Source: the human T2T-CHM13v2.0 reference genome, Homo sapiens. Taken from it: a DNA stretch of 64,000 bases. The translations under genes and the position numbers were made by a program. This document shows, piece after piece, positions 55,118-64,000 of this stretch (position 1 is the first letter of the stretch; the number at the start of each line of letters is the position of its first letter). The DNA lies in assembly GCF_009914755.1 (NCBI RefSeq), contig NC_060928.1; one strand, written 5' to 3'. The notes under the pieces are model-generated. The model searched no databases. It was not told where the DNA came from and saw only the letters and a list, made by a program, of their open reading frames with translations.

Positions 55118-56492
55118 TAAGTATTCTATCCTATAAATTTCTGTTCTTCACAATTGATATGACCCTGGAAATTTCAAATGCTTTGCTAATGAAATAATAT
55201 ACATCATAATCCTTACACATCCTAATGGATATTGTTACTGGTGTCAACACCCACCATTCCAGAACCTGAGAACATTTAACATCCCAGGGCATCTTTCAGG
55301 AAGATGAATCCATGTTTATCTCAAAAAATAAGAGTTTACTGACAAATTTTCCACTGTTTCCTAGGGGTCAGGCACTGTCTCATCCAAACCTGCATCAGTG
55401 AGGCAAATTTCACAACGACTCCATAAGTACACAAACACAATACTTTCTGAAGTGTCTTCATAATTTGTTTCCACCATCATAATATCACTTACATTCAATC
55501 AATAAAGTAGAAGACTTAAAACGTTTCTAATCTTTCATTTATACTGATGGTCTGTGATTGCCTTCCACATCACATTTGCAGTCGTCCAAAGAGTTCATGT
55601 CTCTAAATAGGTCCTTGATACGCTCCCGGCAAACATCAACATTTTTAAATTACATAAACTTTATGTAACATATAGAGAAAACATACCTTTTAAAAAGCAT
55701 TTCCCCTGTATTTACTTGCTATCAAGAACTCACGTGCATACGATCAAAAATTTATTGAGATTGTAGCTAAGATATACTCAGTCTTAATTCCCTCTTGCTC
55801 AGCTTCCTCGTAATGCATATATAAAAAAGAAAATTAAGAAAACTCTGTTCCAAAATGTTTGGAAAATTAAGAAAAGAAGAGAAAACAACAAATCAATATT
55901 TTAACAGTTTAAACAAAATATCCATAATTCTAATTTGGAGATACTAATTTTTCTAGATGTATGTTTTCACAAAATTATGTTAATAACAGTAGCATAATAC
56001 AAACTTTAGAAGAGCTCTAGAGAAATTTGTGTACCTCATAACAATCCCTACAAAGTGAATTATGATGAAGATCAAGGAAAACATGGACTTTACAATACCC
56101 TCGTCTTCACAAGAACTCAAACAAATAGAGAGTATAGTTTTTAATAGGAAAATCTAAGGTATTATGCATATAATGGGACTTTTGGATCAAGTTCTCAAGT
56201 GTTTCTGAGTACTGTTTTCTTTATTTTCAAGTATACTCTTACACTCCTGAGTCTAGGGAGTCTTTCAAGTCAGGCTCAAGGGGAACCAGGCTGAGAAGCA
56301 GGAGAAGACAGCTCAATTCAGTGCCAGGAATAGATGGGAAGAGAGCTTCCACTCCCTGGCCTGATATGATTGGGACACAGAGTATGAGAAAAGAATGGTT
56401 GGACAGTAGGCTATGGCATGTAAGAATGGTGAGGCATAAGTTTAAGTGATAAGGGTGACTAGGGACCATGTTATAAAATAATGGCACTTGAG

Positions 56493-56877
56493 TGTTACAG
56501 GGTGAATTGTGCCTCTCTAAAATTTATATGTTGAAATATTAACCCTCAGCACCTCAAAATGTGAATCCATTTAGAAACAGGGCTTTAAAAGAGGTAATTT
56601 AGGTAAAAAGAGGTATTATGAATGGGCCCTAATCTGATATAATTGGCATCCATAAGAAAAGGATATTAGGACACGAAATAACCAGAGGAAAAGCCATGTG
56701 GGGACACAGAAAGAAGAATAACCATTTGCAAGCCAAAGAATGAGGGTCCAGAAGAAACTACCTGCTGAGAACTTAATCTTGGATTTCCAGTCTCCAGAAC
56801 CATGAGAATATAAACTTTCTTGTTTAAGTGACCCAGTTTGTGTTATTTTGTTATGGCAGAACCAGCAAACTATTGCA
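56493..56877 (+). mobile_element. MLT1B-like solo LTR
   Basis: GAATTGTG...ATATGTTGAA...GGGCCCTAATC...TTTGTTATGGCAG. Confidence 0.8.
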
Positions 56878-56999
56878 TCTATTAACAGAGATCTGTTTTT
56901 CCCCTGTGAATTAAAGAAACCACTGGTAGTTAAATAGGGAAGTGACTCCAATTTACTAAGAAATTAATTTTGCAAGACTCGATATATTTCATAACTTGA

Positions 57000-58045
<1,046 letters not shown>

Positions 58046-58320
58046 CAATCTTTCAGCCCTGGGCCCCTGACACAATTGCTTAAAATCCATAGTTTGCCTA
58101 TACTTAATTTTATGAATGGTTTTATGTATCTGAGTTCAGGAGCTTTTATTTCTATTTTTTCCTTACTCTTTTTGGTCTATAATTTCAACATATTGATATA
58201 ATTTTATACAATCTTGATTTAAAATACAAATTACTTTCTATCCTTTTAAACTTTGTGTGCCAAATTTTGGCAAGGGTGATTTGTTTTCATTCAAAAAGTT
58301 GATAGACATATCAACTAGTA

Positions 58321-58441
58321 CAGGATAATCGCTTGAACCCGGGAGGCAGAGGTTGCAGTGAGCAGAGATCGTGCCCTTGCATGCCAGCCTGGGTGACAAG
58401 AGAGAAACTCCATCTCAAAAAAAAAAAAAAAGAAAGAAAGA
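58321..58441 (+). mobile_element. Alu right-arm 3' fragment
   Basis: CAGGATAATCGCTTGAACCCGGG...CATCTC followed by poly(A). Confidence 0.9.
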
Positions 58442-59809
58442 AATTTCCCATCAACCACAGAACTACATCCAACTGTCAACATGGCATACAATTTCCTTGA
58501 TGGTATAATTTCAGTTTTGAATTACACCAAGCTTCTCATATGTTAAAGACACCAGAACGCAAGAATTTCAAAAGAAATATTATTTTCAATAATAAGTAGT
58601 TTTATTTTTCCAAAAAAAACCCTCCACATGTGTTATTATAAGAATGATCTATTCCTTACTGGACTTTTTATGTTAACTCTATGGTTTAAAATTTTTTAAA
58701 CAGTTTAATTACATATAGAGATGGAAAAGTTTTGACCATTTAGACCATTCAATCATTTCAAACCAGCCCTTTAATCCCCAAATTGCCACCAGATTTTCTT
58801 ATAATTTTCTGCCTTAAATAGTTTCTATTCTCATTTCCACAGAGCTTGATGTTCCCACTCTCTTTCATGCTTTTTTTTGTCATCAAATTCTTGAAAAGAT
58901 TTTTTTTTCACTTTGTGTAATAACTTGTCCATCTCCACCACCATTTTTACCTGGACTTACGGCATCTTGTCATCTAACATCTGCTCATCATCAAGAACTC
59001 TGTGCTGACATTTTAGTTATACAGCAACCCTTTCTTATTTAAGGTTTTTTTTCCATGTTTGCACATGCATACAATAAACCACGTAAGCTGACATAATTGT
59101 ATCTATAATATTATAATACAATTAACTACTTATGAATATGTCCTCCACATTAAATGCTTAAGGAAAGGATTTGTGATCCTTTTTTCCCTTTTAGAACCAA
59201 CATGCGGCAGTGTCTTCCATATAGCCAATGTTTACTATTATTTGCAGAATTAGTTAACATGTATTTCACTTACAAATGACAGTAGATGGATAGATAGATA
59301 ATAATATTAATGTTAAATGTTTATATATTGTCTCTTTACGTTCCTAAAAAATAGGGAAGAACAATTTCAAATAAAAATATAAAACTCCAGGGTTTGTAAT
59401 ATTTATAATTGGTTTCTTACTGTTTTAGAAGCAATGATATTTGTCTATCTGTAGGCTATTGATGAATTAATAATTCCTTTGAAGGTGCATTTTAGTTGCT
59501 TGGGTTCTGTGGACCTAATACAAAATTTAGAATTGGAATGAAGGATACGTGGCAGGAGAGCCAAAGGTAGAGCTGCATGTTCAAATAGTGCCTGTAGAAA
59601 TTAATCTAAATCCAGAGTATAAAAGGAGCTCTTAGTCTTTTAGCTACAAATGTTCACATGTACCATAACTGTTTTACTTTGAATTTAAGTATATAAATGG
59701 TCCTCTTCACTAATTTAAGATATAATTATAATTGCGTCATTTAAATTCAGTTTTTCAAATGTAATATTCTCATACTTTACTGTCAGAAAATCTGGTACAT
59801 CTCTCTTAA

Positions 59810-60130
<321 letters not shown>

Positions 60131-60149
60131 TGAGATCCTCTGCAGCTTA

Positions 60150-61260
60150 GTAATTTGTTCACGTATTCAGCAAATATTTGTAGAGTGCCTACTATATATC
60201 AGGCATGCACAAGGCATTCAGGATACATTAGTGAATACAGCAGTCAAACTCCCTGACCTCAGGGATCTCATATTTTTGTAAGGGGGAGCATTATTTACAT
60301 TATTTACATTTGTAAGTGGAAGCATTATTATGTTAATATCAATTAACATAATTAAGAAGTAAATGAAATTGTACTTGAGAAAATAACAAGTGACATGTAA
60401 AAAAGGAGAAAAAAAATGTACAGTAGAACAAACAGGATTGTGAATGTGTGCATGTGGGAGGGTTCTGGAGAAAGCAGCAAGCTACAGTATTAAGTAGAGT
60501 GATTCGGGTAATCTTAAAAGAGAAGATGCCACCTCCTCCCAAACTTAAGGAAGGCAATACAGTTAGCAAGGAAATAGCTGTTGTAGACCAGTCCAGGTAC
60601 TGAAAAGAGCTTGAACAATGCCCTAAGACAGAAGCATACCTGATCTTTGCAACGAACACAAAGAAGTCCAGTGTCTCAGAGAATGATAAGAAGAACAAGG
60701 GTGTTGAGTGTTTAAGGCCTTAGAAGTAAGGGGTTCGAGCCAGGGGAAAACACACATGCCTTTGAAAGAATTTTGGCTATTACTCTGAGTTGAAAAGGGA
60801 GGCGCAGAAAATTTATTAGCAGATGTGTTACTTAATTTAACTTAAATTTTGAATGAGCAGTGGCTGTTTTTAAAGCTTAGATTGTAGTTCTGCTCGGAGA
60901 TAACCCAGGCAAGAAATATTGGTTGCTTTCGGCCAGAGTGGGACAGTTCAGTAGTTCCAAGTGTCCTGATACTAAATATATTGTAGGAACAGCCAGTAGG
61001 ATTTCATGACAGATTAGAATATTTGACTTGATAAAAGAGTAAAAATTCACCCCCAGGAATTTGACCTAAGCAAGTTAAAAAATGCTATCAGCAACAACAG
61101 AGGTGGGGAAAGTAGTAAGTAAAGCATGTATGGAAGATTAGGAAATCAGTTTAGGATGTATTGAGTTACATGCTTCTTAGACATCCTGTAGGCAGCTTGA
61201 TATACGAGTTGAGAGTTTAGGCAGTGGAGTTCACAGGAGTCCATCTCAGTTTCCTAACAA
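60150..61260 (-). mobile_element. L2a-like fragment
   Basis: ATTCAGCAAATATTTG..GAGTGCCTACTA..CAGGCA 3' end and further L2 motifs. Confidence 0.7.
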
Positions 61261-61274
61261 AAGATAGAGAAGAG

Positions 61275-61616
<342 letters not shown>

Positions 61617-62219
61617 TTAATAATTTTGTCACATAAAATTAATACTATGTAATTTTTTTTGAATTATCTTACGTTATGGTGCAACTGAAATCTATGATTG
61701 GATGAAACAAGTTGATTGCAATTAGGTAAAGAATTTTCATTTCGTTATAAACTTAGAATTAGTTGAATTTTCAGTAAAATAGCATACTCACCACTAGAAT
61801 ATAAATTGAAAGAAAAACGTAAGTATTCATCTTTGGTAAAGAAAAGCCAATAGGTTAGCAAAAGCTTAGCACATAAGTTAGTAAGTAATAAAAAAATAAA
61901 GAGTTTTCCAGAGTGTGGTAGTAGTTTACATTCCTTCCATTATTATATGAGAATCTCACTTGTTTTACATTAAATTTTCTTTAGTATTTACAATTGCAGT
62001 CATTCTAATGGTTGTTAAATGGTATTCCATTATAGTTGTAATTTGCAGATCCTGATAAATAAGCATGTTAATTATTATTCATCTTCTTATTTGACATTGG
62101 TACATCTCCTCCAATAAACTCTGTGTTCAATTCTGTTGCTCATGTTTTAAAAATTAAATTTTTATATTCTTATTTTTCAACTGTAAGACTGTTTTCTCAA
62201 TAGAAGTAATTTTATATGT

Positions 62220-62485
62220 AAGATCAAAGCACCAGCAGATTCTGTGTCTGGTGAAGACCCATATTCTGGTTCATGGATGACTCCTTCACTCTATTTTCAC
62301 ATAGTGGAAGGGGCAAGGCAGTCCTCTGAGGCCTCTTTTATAAATGCAGTAATCTTACCATGAAGGTTCCACCTACACAACCTAATCATCCATCTACCAA
62401 TAGCTTCACCTTCTAATGGCATCATATTGATAATTAGGTTGCAAAATAAAACTATAGGAATGACATACACATTCAGACCTTTGTA
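62220..62485 (-). mobile_element. MLT1A/MST LTR fragment within an old L1
   Basis: AAGATCAAAGCACCAGCAGATTCTGTGTCTGGTGAAG...CACATTCAGACC. Confidence 0.7.
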
Positions 62486-62654
62486 CCATCCTTCGAGGTC
62501 AAGTTCTAATTTCTTAATAAATGTTATTATTTGGCATTGGTTATAGATAGTTTTCTCTGCAAGGATTTTCATGCATCTTTTTTTTTTCTTTCATTAACAG
62601 GAGTCCTGTGTAGACTAGGAAATGGAGGAACCGTATCTTAAAGAATTATCACTA

Positions 62655-62962
<308 letters not shown>

Positions 62963-64000
62963 GAATTATAACTCTACAACTCAATAGCAAAAAGACAAAT
63001 AACCTTTTATAAATGGGCAAATGACCTGCATAGACATTTCTCCAGAGAAGACAAAAATGGTCATCAGGCATATGAGAAGACGCTCAACCTTACTAGAAAA
63101 TGCAAATCAAAATCAGGGAAATGCAAATCAAAACTACCAGAGGCCAGGCATGGTGGCTCATGCCTGTAATCCCTGCACTTTGAGAAGCTGAGGCAGGAGG
63201 GTCGCTTGAGTACCGGAGTTCAAGACTAGCCTGGGCAACTTAAGGAGACCCCATCTCTACAAAACAATGACAACAACAACAACAACACAATATTACTGCA
63301 CACTCTTTGAGAGTCTGAGGCAGGAGTATTGCTTAAGCCCAGGAGTACAAGACCAGCAATATTGCAGGTAACATAGTGAAATCCCATCTCTACAAACAAA
63401 CAAAAAACACAATGGGATATTACCTCACACCTTTTAGGATGGCTATTATTAAAAAGGCAAGAGATAACAAATATTGAGGGTGTGGAAAAAAGGTAGCTCC
63501 CTTGTACACTGCTGGTGGAAATGATGGTTGGTGCAGTCATTGTGGAAAACAGTATGGAAGTTTCTAAAGAAAATACAAATAGAGTTATCATATGACCTAG
63601 CAATTCTTCTTCTGCATATATACACAAAGGAAATGATATTATGAACTTGTAAAGACTCTCATATTCATTGTAGCATTATTCACAATAGCCAAGATATGGA
63701 AACAACCTACATGTGCGTTAAATTTGATGATATTGATAGATACATAGATAATTATGCAGCCTTAAAAGAGGAGAGCTTGCCATTTGTAACAACATAGGTA
63801 AAACTAGAAGACACTATGCTAAGAGAAATAAGTTTGACAGAAAAAGACTGACTGATCTCACTTGTATGTGGAATAAAAAAATGGATATATAGAAAGAGTA
63901 GAAAGGTAGTTACCAAGGAAGATGTATGCAGCAAAATGTACAAAGTTGCAATTCTGTCAGGTGAATAAGCCTGGAGATCTACTAGAGAGTATGAGGAATA
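62963..64000 (+). mobile_element. L1MA/MB 3' end, runs off the window
   Basis: AAATGGGCAAATGACCTGCATAGACATTTCTCC...CACAATAGCCAAGATATGGAAACAACC. Confidence 0.85.
63142..63405 (+). mobile_element. two tandem FLAM/AluJ left monomers
   Basis: Both units end CCCATCTCTACAAA; (AAC)n linker between them. Confidence 0.8.

Overview
Primate (human-like) AT-rich, repeat-dense intergenic or deep-intronic DNA. I can support no protein-coding exon, RNA gene or CRISPR array. The ORFs in the track are chance ORFs, Alu translations or decayed transposon ORFs (Tigger1 transposase, L1 ORF2, MaLR internal ORF). Recognisable content: about 18 Alu/FLAM copies, a near-complete Tigger1 DNA transposon, a solo LTR12C (ERV9) with its target-site duplication (TSD), a full-length THE1D-like MaLR provirus, many solo MaLR/ERV LTRs, L1PA/L1MA/L1MC/L1ME, L2, L3 and MIR fragments, and microsatellites. 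The main non-repeat signal is a 100% identical 307-bp inverted repeat of apparently unique DNA (41325-41631 / 42610-42916, 978-bp spacer). Its right copy is flanked by a 12-bp direct repeat (GGAAAAATACAG) and has microhomology at both junctions. This fits a very recent, locally templated inverted duplication that also copied an AP-1/MARE motif and could mediate inversion of the ~1-kb spacer. Subfamily calls come from recalled consensus motifs, not a RepeatMasker run, and boundaries of old repeats are approximate.
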